A DNA stretch of 64,000 nt from an uncultured bacterium (GTDB lineage: Bacteria > Patescibacteriota > Doudnabacteria > UBA920): assembly GCA_963749445.1 (NCBI GenBank), contig CAVVMJ010000010.1:254021-318020 (forward strand), read 5' to 3'. Both the position numbers and the translations under genes were made by a program. The notes under the pieces were generated by a model that was given only the letters and a program-made list of their open reading frames with translations, was not told the DNA's origin and made no database searches. How positions within the stretch are numbered: the stretch's first letter is position 1; each line of letters begins with the position of its first letter. Below are positions 9,827-19,837 of the stretch, piece by piece.

Positions 9827-10621
9827 TTACCTTTTTTTCAAAAGGCTCAACCCAAATAAAATCAAGGCAAAAACAACAATCGCCGCGCCGCTCGGCAAAT
9901 TAAGATAAAAAGAAGTGAATAAACCCGCGATTACGGAAATCAAAGAAATTATAACGGCTAATAAAAGCGTTCTAGAAAAACTTTTGCCGAGTTGTATGGC
10001 GGCAAGCACCGGAATGACCATCAAAGCGCCGATGAGCAGGACGCCAACCACCCGCATGCTCAAGGCCACGGAAATGGCCGCCAAAACCATCAGGCCGACA
10101 TTCAAGCTGCTCACCGGCAAGCCATTGGCTTTGGCCAGCTCTTCGTCAAAAGAAACCAAAAAAAACTTTTTAAACAAAACAAAGGTCGCGAGTATAACCA
10201 CCGCTCCAAACCCGCCGATAATAAAAAGGTCGCTTGCGGAAACCGTGGTAATGCTGCCGAACAAATAAGAAAAGATGTTGACGTTCAGACCGTGAGACAA
10301 ACCGAGCAAAATGAGCGCGATGGCCAGACTGCCGCTCAAAAACAAGGCCAGCACCGATTCGCCGAAAAGTTTTCTTTTTTCTCGCAATTTTTCCATGCCA
10401 AAAGCCGCCAAGGTGGAAGCGGCTAACGCTCCAAAAATCGGATTAAAATTAAACAGCACTCCGGCGGCGACGCCGACCAAAGAAACGTGGGACAAAGTAT
10501 CGGCCAAAAGCGAATAACGCTTGACCACCAAAAAAATCCCCACAACCGGGGCCAGCAGCCCAATAACCAAACCTGCAATAAAGGCCCGGATCATGAAATC
10601 GTATTGGAATATTTCCAGCAT
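9827..10621 (-). CDS. znuB: metal (Zn/Mn) ABC transporter permease, ZnuB/MntB family
   Basis: 264-aa polytopic permease. Operonic with the ATPase and the TroA-like SBP. A Zur-type regulator is adjacent. Confidence 0.75.
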   Translation of the reverse strand: MLEIFQYDFMIRAFIAGLVIGLLAPVVGIFLVVKRYSLLADTLSHVSLVGVAAGVLFNFNPIFGALAASTLAAFGMEKLREKRKLFGESVLALFLSGSLAIALILLGLSHGLNVNIFSYLFGSITTVSASDLFIIGGFGAVVILATFVLFKKFFLVSFDEELAKANGLPVSSLNVGLMVLAAISVALSMRVVGVLLIGALMVIPVLAAIQLGKSFSRTLLLAVIISLISVIAGLFTSFYLNLPSGAAIVVFALILFGLSLLKKR

Positions 10622-10625
10622 AATG

Positions 10626-11381
10626 TCAGTGGGTATGATGAATGTGGGTAATTTTCTTGCCGTAAAGGTTTTCTATGATGTTACCCTCGTGCAAAAGCTC
10701 GGGCCTGTCCAGAAAAAACAGCCCCCGGTTCAGGCACAAAATGGATTTTACCTCTTCGGTAATCATGTCTATATCATGCGAAACAAAAACAATGGTCAAG
10801 TTTTGTTCTTGGTTTAATTGTTTTAAAAAGGCGTAAAAATCTTTTTGCGCGGCCACGTCTATACCCACAAACGGCTCGTCTAAGATTAAAATCTTTGGTT
10901 CAGTAGCCAATGCCCTGGCGACGTAAACCCTTTGCCGCTGGCCGCCGGAAAGGTTGCCGATAAGCTTATCCTTTAGTTCCTCAATGCGCGCTATGGCCAA
11001 GGCTTTATCAATCGCTTGCCTGTCTTGATTGGTCGTCCGCCCAAACCATCTGGCCTTTGGGGTCAACCCGCTTTCCACAACTTCATAAACCGTTGCGGGA
11101 AAAGCTATATTTTCCTGTCCCGACCTCTGCGGGACATAACCGATTTGGAATTTATTTTGGAATTGGCCGATGGGAGTGCCGGAAATCTTTACGCTACCGC
11201 TTTGCGCCTCTAAAAGGCCGACTAAAATTTTAAGCAGTGTGGTTTTCCCTCCGCCGTTTGGCCCGACAATGCCAACATAATCACCTTGCTCAATATTAAA
11301 GCTGACGCGCTCTAAAACGGTATTCCCGTTATAAGCAAAACTGACGTCTTTGGCTTCAATTATCGGCTCATTTATTGGCAT
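10626..11381 (-). CDS. znuC: metal ABC transporter ATP-binding protein
   Basis: Walker A GPNGGGKTT, signature LSGGQRQR, Walker B ILILDEP. Confidence 0.8.
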   Translation of the reverse strand: MPINEPIIEAKDVSFAYNGNTVLERVSFNIEQGDYVGIVGPNGGGKTTLLKILVGLLEAQSGSVKISGTPIGQFQNKFQIGYVPQRSGQENIAFPATVYEVVESGLTPKARWFGRTTNQDRQAIDKALAIARIEELKDKLIGNLSGGQRQRVYVARALATEPKILILDEPFVGIDVAAQKDFYAFLKQLNQEQNLTIVFVSHDIDMITEEVKSILCLNRGLFFLDRPELLHEGNIIENLYGKKITHIHHTH

Positions 11382-12322
11382 TGCAAAGCAATCCTTAAGT
11401 TGGCCAAATTGGCCTGCATCTGGCTGATGTAATTCTTGCCCTGGGCGATCTCCTGGTCGGTAAAACCCTCAATCGGGTTTAACTCTAAAGTTTTGGCGCC
11501 AATCTCGCTAGCCACCGTCTGGGACAATTTTGGACTGACTAGGCTTTCAAAAAAAATATATTTGATATTTTTCTGCCTGGCAACGGTGGCGACATCGGCA
11601 ATGGTTTTGGGCGAAGGCTCTTCGTCAGGCGACAATCCCAAAATATACAGGGTGGTTAATCCGTATTGGTTGGCCATATAGTTAAAGGCATTATGGGAAG
11701 TAACAATGAGGTGCTGTTGACATTGGACTAAACCGGTTTTGTATTCTTGATCTAATTCCGCCAGCTGTTGTTTGTAAGCGTCCCTATTTTGATTATATGC
11801 CGTTTCGTGCGCGGGATCAATTTTCACCAGGGCATCGGCTATTAAATCCACTTCCTTTTCGGCGTTAATCGGGTTTAACCAAAAATGCGGATCAAAAGCC
11901 AGATTGGGCTCATCCGGGGAATTATTTTTTAAGGAATCAAGGTGGTCGGAAATTTTTACCACCACCACACCTTTGCTTTCCAAGTCGCTCTGGATTTTTT
12001 CGCCCCAGGCGTCAACGCCGTTGCCGTTCATAATAAATAATTTGGCGTCATAAACTTTGGCGATATCCCTAGGTGTGGGCTCGTAATCATGGGGCTCGGC
12101 TCCGGCTGGCGTGATACTGGTAACTTGCGCGAAGTCGCCGCCGACATTTTTGGCAAAATCATACAGCGGAAAAAAACTGGCGACAACATTTATTTTTTGG
12201 CCTTGTTCCGTACCGGCAGTCTTTGCCGTTTGGCTGGTTAAATTTTTTTTGATTTTTGCGGCAGCAAACGCGCCGACTGCCAACACCGCCACTATAACTG
12301 CGGTCCAATATATTTTTTTCAT
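11372..12322 (-). CDS. znuA: metal ABC transporter substrate-binding protein (TroA/ZnuA-like)
   Basis: Signal/anchor N-terminus and cluster-9 SBP features (His-rich metal site DPHFW, SHNAFNY). Confidence 0.75.
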   Translation of the reverse strand: MKKIYWTAVIVAVLAVGAFAAAKIKKNLTSQTAKTAGTEQGQKINVVASFFPLYDFAKNVGGDFAQVTSITPAGAEPHDYEPTPRDIAKVYDAKLFIMNGNGVDAWGEKIQSDLESKGVVVVKISDHLDSLKNNSPDEPNLAFDPHFWLNPINAEKEVDLIADALVKIDPAHETAYNQNRDAYKQQLAELDQEYKTGLVQCQQHLIVTSHNAFNYMANQYGLTTLYILGLSPDEEPSPKTIADVATVARQKNIKYIFFESLVSPKLSQTVASEIGAKTLELNPIEGFTDQEIAQGKNYISQMQANLANLRIALQCQ

Positions 12323-12406
12323 ATTTAATGTTTATTAATTATCTTGTGGCGTTTGGCCGAAAGCTCTCGGCAAAACGCACGGGAAAAAATTATCTGCTTA
12401 TATCTT

Positions 12407-12425
12407 AATGCAAATCATTTGCATT
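12407..12425. promoter_or_regulatory. Zur/Fur box: perfect 19-bp palindrome AATGCAAATCATTTGCATT overlapping a TTGTCA-N17-TAATAT promoter in the znuA/zur divergent spacer
   Basis: Read directly. It lies between the divergent znuACB and fur-family genes. Confidence 0.65.
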
Positions 12426-12459
12426 TGTCAAGAGCCCGATTTTGTGCTAATATCAGAAT

Positions 12460-12888
12460 ATGGAATGCAAACAGCACAGCAAAGAATCCACAGGCCAGCT
12501 CAAACGCAGCGGCCTAAAAATCACTCCGGCCCGCGTAAAAATGCTGGACATTTTTAAGCACGCTCGAACGCCCTTAAACGCCAAGCAAATCGCCCGCCGA
12601 TTAAAATTCGCGGATGTTGATTTGGCCACAATTTACCGCAACCTGGAAACCCTGCAAAAGCAAAAAATTATCGCCGAAGTCAACTTAAAAAAAGAACAAG
12701 CTTACTATGAACTCTCCGGCACGCACCATCACCACATTATTTGCGAATCCTGCGGCAAAATTTCCGACGTCGGCAACTGCGGCATCCACAAACTGCAATA
12801 CCAAATTATGAAAAAGCACGGCTTTAAAAAAATCAGCCGCCACGAGCTGGAGTTCTTCGGCCTGTGCAAAGCCTGCGCAAAAGTTTGA
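12460..12888 (+). CDS. zur: Fur-family transcriptional regulator, probably Zur
   Basis: 142 aa. Fur DNA-binding N-domain, and the metal sites HHHHIICESCG and CKAC. Divergent from the zinc ABC operon. Confidence 0.75.
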   Translation: MECKQHSKESTGQLKRSGLKITPARVKMLDIFKHARTPLNAKQIARRLKFADVDLATIYRNLETLQKQKIIAEVNLKKEQAYYELSGTHHHHIICESCGKISDVGNCGIHKLQYQIMKKHGFKKISRHELEFFGLCKACAKV

Positions 12889-12932
12889 GCCCAATCTCAA
12901 TCTTGCAGATAAAACTCGTCAGCAAATCGCCA

Positions 12933-12957
12933 TAAAGGCGGTTTTTTTGATTGTAAT
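12933..12957. terminator. rho-independent terminator after zur
   Basis: cgccataaaggcggttttttt. Confidence 0.55.
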
Positions 12958-13039
12958 ATTTGTTGCATTTACGCGCACGTACGCATAAATGCAACAAATA
13001 TTTTTCAATAACCTATTGCCGACTTATCCTCTCAGGGAC

Positions 13040-13100
13040 TTGACAAATCCCAAAAATCGATTATAATTAGACAAACTAACAATTAGACAATCTAATTAAA
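13040..13100. promoter_or_regulatory. consensus sigma-70 promoter (TTGACA-N16-TATAAT) followed by the 17-bp palindrome AATTAGACAATCTAATT (and a second TAGACAA half-site). Probably the marR autoregulatory operator
   Basis: Read directly, upstream of the MarR-family gene. Confidence 0.55.
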
Positions 13101-13103
13101 TAT

Positions 13104-13523
13104 ATGGCTAAAAATTCCGCCACGCAAATTGTGGAATTGTTCTGGAGCATGTCCAAAATGTTCAAACAGCAACTGGACCATAGCAGCCCGGCATTTTACC
13201 TGACCATCGCCCAACTGGAAGCCTTACGATACGTTTCCGAGCAAAAAACGTTAACTATGAAGGAGCTGGCCGATTGCCTGGGCGTGGCTCCCCCTTCGGC
13301 CACGGCCATGGTGGACCATTTGGTCAAACTACATCTGTTAAACCGTCGCCACAGCCCCAAAGACCGGCGCGGCATTAATCTAAGATTGACCGATAAAGGC
13401 CGGTCAATTTACAAAAAAGCCATGGCCGAAAGATGCCGGTGGTTTACCAATTTGATCAAAAACCTCAGCGCCAAAGAGCGCGCCGAACTGGTGGAAATTT
13501 TAAAAAAGATGTCGCAGGCTTAA
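13104..13523 (+). CDS. MarR-family transcriptional regulator
   Basis: 139 aa. Winged-HTH MarR core (LTMKELADCLGVAPPSATAMVDHLVKLHLLNRRHSPKDRRGINLRLTDKG). Confidence 0.8.
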   Translation: MAKNSATQIVELFWSMSKMFKQQLDHSSPAFYLTIAQLEALRYVSEQKTLTMKELADCLGVAPPSATAMVDHLVKLHLLNRRHSPKDRRGINLRLTDKGRSIYKKAMAERCRWFTNLIKNLSAKERAELVEILKKMSQA

Positions 13524-13544
13524 AAATTATATACCTTATCTGTT

Positions 13545-13715
13545 CCATTCCGAGCGAGTCCGAATGCAGCTGAGGGCGAGTCGAGGAATCTGTTCTTCAT
13601 TTTACAGACCCCTCCGCTCCTACTCGCCCTTTCGACTTCGCTCAGGGCGACCCTGAGACTTGCCGAATGGGTCGGATGCACTCGTAGTCGGTCGGGGTGG
13701 CGAACAATTTATTTC
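13545..13715. repeat. GC-rich palindromic repeat, family A (copy A2, about 170 bp, internally dyad-symmetric)
   Basis: About 85% identical over about 78 nt to 42466..42548. Partial copies at 1..100 and inside holA at 44385..44448. Core ...GGCGACCCTGAG...GCCGAATGGGTCGGATGCACTCGT.GTCGGTCGGG.TGG. Confidence 0.7.
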
Positions 13716-13733
13716 TAATCTTTAACCTTATTT

Positions 13734-15269
13734 ATGAACCTCAAATCCTTGGAAAAACACCATATTTTCAGCGGCGCGGCCATTTTGGTAATTGTCGTAA
13801 TCGCGATTATCATCAGTTCTAAACTCAAGCAGCAGCCGAGCTACAATTTTGTCAGCGTAAAAAGGCAAACTATTACCCAGGGCGCCACGGAAACCGGCAC
13901 GGTGAAAGCGGCGCAGGATTTGTCTTTGTCATTCCAAAAAAGCGGCAATATTGTCGCGGTGAATGTCAAAGCCGGCGACCGGGTTAAAAAAGGCCAGTTG
14001 CTGGCCGCCCTGGACAGCAAAGACGCCTCCGCCGCCGTAAGCCAGGCCACAGCCGCCCTGGAAGCGGCCCAGGCCAATTACCAGAAAATTTTAAACGGCG
14101 CCACGAGCGCGGACGTTAACGTCGCCCAGACCGCCTTGGATAACGCCAAAAAGAATTCGGACGAGACAACTAAACAGCAAAATCTGATGGTGGCCAACGC
14201 TCTATCCGCCTACTTAAACACCGTTAATCCGACCGGCATGAGCAACGGTTTGTCAGCGGTTCCTAAAACCGGCAATCTCGGCACAGCCGTAATCACCTTA
14301 AGCGGCAGCTACGCCGACACCGCGCCGGGGCAGTATGTTTTGACCGCTTACAGCACCGGCTCGGGTATGAAATTTACCGTCAACGGTTTGGAAACTGCGA
14401 GTGTGGACGTCAAAACCGCACCCGTGGCTCTGGGCACCAAAGGTTTGTTCATCCAGGTCAGCGGCACGCCCGCGGCCAACGACAGCTGGACGGTAAGCAT
14501 CCCCAACACGCAATCCCCTTCCTATATTCCCGATTACAACGCCTACAATGCCGCCCAAGAAGCACGCAGCCAGGCAATACTCAACGCGCAAAATGCCGTG
14601 GACGCGGCCCAGGCCGCCCTGGATTTAAAACAAACCGCGGCCCGGCCCGAAGACATCGCCTCGGCCAAAGCCCAAATGGACGCGGCCGCGGCCCAGCTGC
14701 AGCTGGCGCAAAATTCCTACAGCGACAATTCCATTGTCTCCCCGATTGACGGCATCGTGACCTCTGTGGACGCCAAAGTCGGCGAACTGGCCAGCCCGGG
14801 CAAACCCATACTATCGCTAATCTCCAGCCAAAAATTTCAAATCGAAACCTACGTTTCGCAGAACGATTTGGGAAAAATTAAAATCGGCGACAAAGCCGCG
14901 GTCACGCTTGACGCCTACGGCAGTGGCGTAAATTTTGACGCCTCGGTAATCAGCATTGATCCGGCCGCCACCGTGCAGAACAACATTGCCGGCTACAAAG
15001 TCACTTTGCAGTTCAACCAAAACGACGATCGGGTAAAAGAAGGACTAAACGCCAACATTGCCATTTTTGACGATAGCCGTGACAATGTCCCGGCAATTCC
15101 GGCCGGCGACATTATTACCAAAAATAACCAAAAATTCGTTATTAAAGATGTCGGCAACGGCAAAACCGCGCAGGTGCAGGTGCAAACCGGTTTGATTGGC
15201 ATGGACAATATGGCGGAAATTACCAACGGCCTGAATGACGGCGACCGCATCGTGAATTTGGGAAATTAA
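13734..15269 (+). CDS. HlyD-family membrane fusion protein (paralog of 158..1849)
   Basis: 511 aa. Same architecture and the same beta-rich insertion (ITLSGSYADTAPGQYVLTAYSTGSGMKFTVNG...) as the first MFP. Confidence 0.75.
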   Translation: MNLKSLEKHHIFSGAAILVIVVIAIIISSKLKQQPSYNFVSVKRQTITQGATETGTVKAAQDLSLSFQKSGNIVAVNVKAGDRVKKGQLLAALDSKDASAAVSQATAALEAAQANYQKILNGATSADVNVAQTALDNAKKNSDETTKQQNLMVANALSAYLNTVNPTGMSNGLSAVPKTGNLGTAVITLSGSYADTAPGQYVLTAYSTGSGMKFTVNGLETASVDVKTAPVALGTKGLFIQVSGTPAANDSWTVSIPNTQSPSYIPDYNAYNAAQEARSQAILNAQNAVDAAQAALDLKQTAARPEDIASAKAQMDAAAAQLQLAQNSYSDNSIVSPIDGIVTSVDAKVGELASPGKPILSLISSQKFQIETYVSQNDLGKIKIGDKAAVTLDAYGSGVNFDASVISIDPAATVQNNIAGYKVTLQFNQNDDRVKEGLNANIAIFDDSRDNVPAIPAGDIITKNNQKFVIKDVGNGKTAQVQVQTGLIGMDNMAEITNGLNDGDRIVNLGN

Positions 15270-15275
15270 TTACAA

Positions 15276-15378
15276 GTTGATGGGCATCTTCTTGCGCCCA
15301 TATCGGTCAACGGATATTGGCTGGCTGATGCATCCATTATCATCAACTGTAATTTAACCACGAAGATGCCCATCAAAC
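15276..15378. repeat. TIR-element copy D3 (GTTGATGGGCATCTTCTTG ... CACGAAGATGCCCATCAAAC)
   Basis: 19-20-bp terminal inverted repeats around a unique interior. Intergenic, downstream of the MFP gene. Confidence 0.7.
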
Positions 15379-15423
15379 ACTAGTAATAATAATCCAACAA
15401 TAATTATCCTTCACCAAACACTT

Positions 15424-16119
15424 ATGGACGAACCAATCAACAATCAAGAACAAAAACCCGAAGCCGCGGCCAACGAAGCAACCAGCGCGCCCAAAGAGAA
15501 AAAGAGTTTGCTAAAAAACAAATGGGTCCGAAGCGGCGGTTTAGTGGCGCTTGTGCTGATAATTGCCGGCGGATTTTTGTACTGGCAAACGGCCAGCACG
15601 CGCGTCGGGATTGACAACTCGCTAATCTCCGCCCCAACCATTGCCCTGGCGCCCACCGCCGGAGGCACGCTTAACCAAATTTATGTTAACGTCGGCGACC
15701 AGGTGCCGGCCAACACGGCCGTGGCCGAAGTCGGCAACGAAATCATTAAAACCAAAGTGGCGGGGATTATTGTGAGCGAGCAAAACGACACCGGCAAAAT
15801 TTTCAGCCCGGGCCAGGCCGTGGTCAATATGATAGACCCAACCGAGCTGCGCGTGGTCGGCACCATCGCGGAAAACAAGGGCTTAAGCCAAATCCAGGTC
15901 GGCCAAAAGGCGGGCTTTACCGTGGACGCTTTTGGCTCCAAAAAATACACGGGCATAGTGGACGAAGTCAGTCCAACGGCCAACCAAGCCAGCGTAGTCT
16001 TTAACATTTCCGACCAACGGGTCACCCAGGACTTTGACGTCAAGGTCCGTTTTGATCCCGCCCAGTATCCGGAATTAAAAAACGGCATGTCGGCAAAACT
16101 CACTATTTTTACAAAGTAG
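15424..16119 (+). CDS. EmrA-like HlyD-family secretion/efflux adaptor protein (short form)
   Basis: 231 aa. N-terminal TM, then a biotinyl-lipoyl-like and beta-barrel region. Upstream of a DHA2 MFS pump. Confidence 0.65.
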   Translation: MDEPINNQEQKPEAAANEATSAPKEKKSLLKNKWVRSGGLVALVLIIAGGFLYWQTASTRVGIDNSLISAPTIALAPTAGGTLNQIYVNVGDQVPANTAVAEVGNEIIKTKVAGIIVSEQNDTGKIFSPGQAVVNMIDPTELRVVGTIAENKGLSQIQVGQKAGFTVDAFGSKKYTGIVDEVSPTANQASVVFNISDQRVTQDFDVKVRFDPAQYPELKNGMSAKLTIFTK

Positions 16120-16213
16120 CTAAAACTTTCCAGAAAATCGGAAGTCGGAGAAATCGGAATTCCGATTTTCTAATTTATCCGATTTTCCGATTATAACCTG
16201 GACTATCTGGATA

Positions 16214-17737
16214 ATGGATACTTTACCCTCGACGACAAATCAACCCACCACCGAATCCCCCGCCGAAAAATCCTCCCTCAAATGGTGGGTTCTGTTAACC
16301 GTAATCATCGGCACTTTTTTGGGACGCCTTGACCAGACCATTGTGAATTTGGCGCTGCCCAAAATCATCAGCGACTTCAGCATTTCGGTTTCCGACGCCG
16401 GCTGGATTGCCACGGCCTACATTTTGGCCAACGCGATTTTCGTGCCCATTTGGGGAAAATTAGGCGACACCATCGGCCGCAAAAAAGTTTACATTTTGGG
16501 CTTTAGCATTTTTATTCTGGGCTCGGTGCTGGCCGGGCTGTCTTGGAATTTAAGTTCCATGCTGTCTTTCCGCGTTATCCAAGCCATGGCCGCCTCGGCC
16601 GACTACCCCACGGCCATGGCCATTTTGGCCGTAACTTTCCGCGGCCAAAAAGAACGCGCGCAGGCCTTGGGCATTTGGTCGTCCTCGTTTGCCGCGGCCG
16701 CGGTGTTCGGGCCGCTCGTCGGCGGGCCGCTAATTGACAACTTCGGCTGGCGCAGCGTGTTTTTAGTTAATTTGCCGGTGGGAATTCTGGGCCTGTTTAT
16801 GGCCATCACGTTCGTTAAAGAATCGGTGTCCGAACACAAGACCACGCACTTTGACTGGTGGGGAGCCCTGACTTTGGGCACTGCGCTGTCGGCTTTGGTT
16901 TTGGTTTTGGACCAGGGGCAATCCTGGGGATGGCTGTCTATTAATTCTCTATTGTCCTATTTGACTATGGTTGTGTTTACGGCCGTGTTCATCCGCATTG
17001 AACACCATTCTCCCGAACCGATTGTGGATTTAAAATTTTTCAAAATCCCCGCTTTCGTCAATACGCTCTGGAATAATTTTATTGTGTTTATGGGGATGAT
17101 GGGAGGCGTGTTTTTGATCCCGATTTTCGCCCAGACTTTTTTGGGCTATAGCGCCACGCAGAGTGGCTACTTGTTTATTCCCATGGCCGCGGCCATGATG
17201 CTGGCAGCTCCCTTAGGCGGCAGCCTGATAGGCAAAGTCAAACCCAACTACGTAATTATGGCCAGCACGTTTGTGGCCGGCCTGGGCATTTATTTATTCT
17301 CGTTTTTAGACCCGCGCTCCACGGCTTTGGCCATAATTTGGCCCCTGTCCATAATGGCCTTTGGCCTGGGTTTTGGCATGGCCCAGCGAACTAATATTAT
17401 CGCTGTGATCGTCCCGCATGACGAAATCGGCGTTGCCTCTTCCATTTTGGCTCTGGCGCGCAACATTGCCGGCGCGTTCGGCATCGCGCTGTTTGCCACG
17501 ATTTTAACCAACGTGACCAACAGCAATGTCATTAAATACGAGCAACACAGTATTCTGCAAAGCACCAATCCGGCCGATTACCAAAAATTCCTCGGCCTGA
17601 TAATCCTAAAATCCCAGGTCGCGGCCTACGCCACCGTATTCGTCATCGCGGCCGCGGTAATTCTTGTAGGCGCCATAACCGCCTACTGGATCAAAGTTGA
17701 CCGCTCCATGACCGGCGAAAAAATTCTGATAGAATAA
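16214..17737 (+). CDS. MFS transporter, DHA2 (EmrB/QacA) family, 14 TMS
   Basis: 507 aa with MFS motif A (GKLGDTIGRKK) and motif C. The operon runs marR-MFP-emrA-emrB. Confidence 0.8.
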   Translation: MDTLPSTTNQPTTESPAEKSSLKWWVLLTVIIGTFLGRLDQTIVNLALPKIISDFSISVSDAGWIATAYILANAIFVPIWGKLGDTIGRKKVYILGFSIFILGSVLAGLSWNLSSMLSFRVIQAMAASADYPTAMAILAVTFRGQKERAQALGIWSSSFAAAAVFGPLVGGPLIDNFGWRSVFLVNLPVGILGLFMAITFVKESVSEHKTTHFDWWGALTLGTALSALVLVLDQGQSWGWLSINSLLSYLTMVVFTAVFIRIEHHSPEPIVDLKFFKIPAFVNTLWNNFIVFMGMMGGVFLIPIFAQTFLGYSATQSGYLFIPMAAAMMLAAPLGGSLIGKVKPNYVIMASTFVAGLGIYLFSFLDPRSTALAIIWPLSIMAFGLGFGMAQRTNIIAVIVPHDEIGVASSILALARNIAGAFGIALFATILTNVTNSNVIKYEQHSILQSTNPADYQKFLGLIILKSQVAAYATVFVIAAAVILVGAITAYWIKVDRSMTGEKILIE

Positions 17738-17791
17738 ATCCCCCGCTCCGTGTCATTGCGAGCGGAGCAAAGCAATCTCTTTTAGCAACAC

Positions 17792-17817
17792 AAATCGCCA
17801 CAAAGGCGATTTTTTGT
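17792..17817. terminator. rho-independent terminator (AAATCGCC-N5-GGCGATTTTTT)
   Basis: Read directly. The same hairpin type recurs at 19288..19312 and 12933..12957. Confidence 0.55.
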
Positions 17818-18061
17818 TATACTGTATTTATGGCCAATTATAAAAACTTTAAAAAGAAACTCCTAAAAAATAAAGCTATCAAAAGGACCTATAAAAAACT
17901 CGGCCCAAAATTTGCTTTGATCGAGCTGCCCATTTCAAAATCATAGATTATGTCCTGCGAAAAAATTCTAATTGGGTAAAAATCTCCCATTTCAAGATAA
18001 ACAAAAAAGCACTCCCTTGCGGTTGTGCTTTTTTAATCAATCCAACATTCCCAAAGCGAAA

Positions 18062-19243
18062 CTAAAATTCTTTGTCGGAGATTTTGGGTTGCAGAAAAAT
18101 AAAGGCGAGCATAGCGGCAAAAGTCACTATTGCCGCAAAGCCGAAAGCGTAGGTCGGGTGAAGCACCCATAACGCGCCGGCGATCGCGGAAGCCGGAAGA
18201 TAGACAAGTCCGGTGGTAAAATTATACATCCCGATAGCCGTGGCGCGGCGCTCCGGCTCAATATCCGCGATGAACGCCTTGCTTTGGGCTTCGTCAATGC
18301 TGTAAAAAATGCCGAACAATATAAATAATACCACGACTTCCCATTTTTGCGCGGCAAAAACAAAGCCGAGCGACATTATAATGTAGACCAGGTATTCCAA
18401 AATAATAACGGATTTCCTGCCGATAAAATCCCCGAGTTTGCCCACGGGCGCGGCGACAACGACGAACGAAATATTGAACAGCGCGTAAAGCAAGACAACG
18501 TCTTTTACGGAAAAGCCGATTGTGTACGCGCGCAACAGCAAAAATCCAAAGCTAAAATACGCCAGGGAAAATATTCCCGCCGGAATCAGGAACAGCTTAA
18601 AACTATGGCTTAACGTACCCCAGGCTTTAAAGATATTTTCCCGTTTCTGCGGCTGGGTGGGGCGGTCTTTTATAAAGGCCAGGGCCACTACCGCCAGCGC
18701 AGCCGCTAAAACAGCCACAATAAACAGAATATGGAAAGCGCGCAAATTTTGGCCAAACTTATTTAAAATGGCGTATGCCAAAAGCGGACCCAAAATCGCG
18801 CCGGATTTGTCCAGGGCTTTGTGTACGCCAAAAGCGTAGCCCCGGGAGGATTTTTCCGCCACGGCCGAAAGCCAGGCGTCCCGGGGCGGCCCGCGGAAAC
18901 TTTTCCCCAGCCGCTCTATCACCCTAAACAAAGCCAGGGCCGTGACGGAACTGGCAACCAATAAGGTGATTTTTGCCAAAGTGGAAAAGAAATACCCAAG
19001 CATGGCCAGCGGTTTGTTTTTGCCGGATCGGTCCGCCAGCCAGCCGGACAAGTAGTCCAGAGAAGACGCGGAGAAATCCGCCAATCCTTCCACCAACCCC
19101 AAAAGCGCCGCAGAAGCGCCGGCTATAGTGGTAAAAAAAACGGAAAAAACGGAAAAAATCGCTTCGGAACTCACGTCGGTCAAAAAACTCACCAGGCCTA
19201 ATTTTACCACGTCGGGATGGACGTTAAACAGGTCTTTTTTCAT
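18062..19243 (-). CDS. MFS transporter
   Basis: 393-aa 12-TMS protein with MFS motifs (GWLADRSGKNKPL). Confidence 0.75.
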   Translation of the reverse strand: MKKDLFNVHPDVVKLGLVSFLTDVSSEAIFSVFSVFFTTIAGASAALLGLVEGLADFSASSLDYLSGWLADRSGKNKPLAMLGYFFSTLAKITLLVASSVTALALFRVIERLGKSFRGPPRDAWLSAVAEKSSRGYAFGVHKALDKSGAILGPLLAYAILNKFGQNLRAFHILFIVAVLAAALAVVALAFIKDRPTQPQKRENIFKAWGTLSHSFKLFLIPAGIFSLAYFSFGFLLLRAYTIGFSVKDVVLLYALFNISFVVVAAPVGKLGDFIGRKSVIILEYLVYIIMSLGFVFAAQKWEVVVLFILFGIFYSIDEAQSKAFIADIEPERRATAIGMYNFTTGLVYLPASAIAGALWVLHPTYAFGFAAIVTFAAMLAFIFLQPKISDKEF

Positions 19244-19423
19244 ATTGTGATGGGTTAGATGTTGTTTTAAAGAATTTTAATCATTATAGCAAAAAATCGC
19301 CGCATTTGGCGATTTCATATCTTCATTCTGGGGTGCTATAATGAGCGGCGCAGGCCGGGCTTGCCAACCGGCAGTTTCCGATATATTATAAAGGGAACTT
19401 GCCAGAAGCATTAAAATTTTCAG

Positions 19424-19828
19424 ATGATAAAAAAATATATATTTTTCGGGTTAGCGGGTTTTGCGTTAATAGCGGCAGGCTGTCTGCTTTGGCAAAGCAG
19501 GCCGCAAAGCGCCGCCACGGGAGCCGTCAAAGGCGCCAGCATCAAATCGGAAATTTTTATGGACGTCCGGACCGACCAGGAATGGGCCGCCGGGCACTTA
19601 GATGGGGCCGTCCATTTTGAATTGGCGAAAATGCAACAGGGACAGCTGCCAGGTTTGCCCAAAGACACGCCCATCGCCCTTTATTGCCGCACCGGCATCC
19701 GCGCCGGGCAGGCTTTGGCCATCCTGAAACAAAACGGCTTTACCTATGCCCGCAATGCCGGAGGATACGCCGATTTGCTGGCGCAGGGGGAAAAATCCTG
19801 TACCGGCATGGAATCGTCCTGCGATTAA
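19424..19828 (+). CDS. rhodanese-domain protein (sulfurtransferase), secreted or lipoprotein
   Basis: Signal peptide. Rhodanese motifs DVRTDQEWAAGHLDGAVH and the active-site loop CRTGIRAG. Confidence 0.75.
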   Translation: MIKKYIFFGLAGFALIAAGCLLWQSRPQSAATGAVKGASIKSEIFMDVRTDQEWAAGHLDGAVHFELAKMQQGQLPGLPKDTPIALYCRTGIRAGQALAILKQNGFTYARNAGGYADLLAQGEKSCTGMESSCD

Positions 19829-19837
19829 TCTCCAAAT

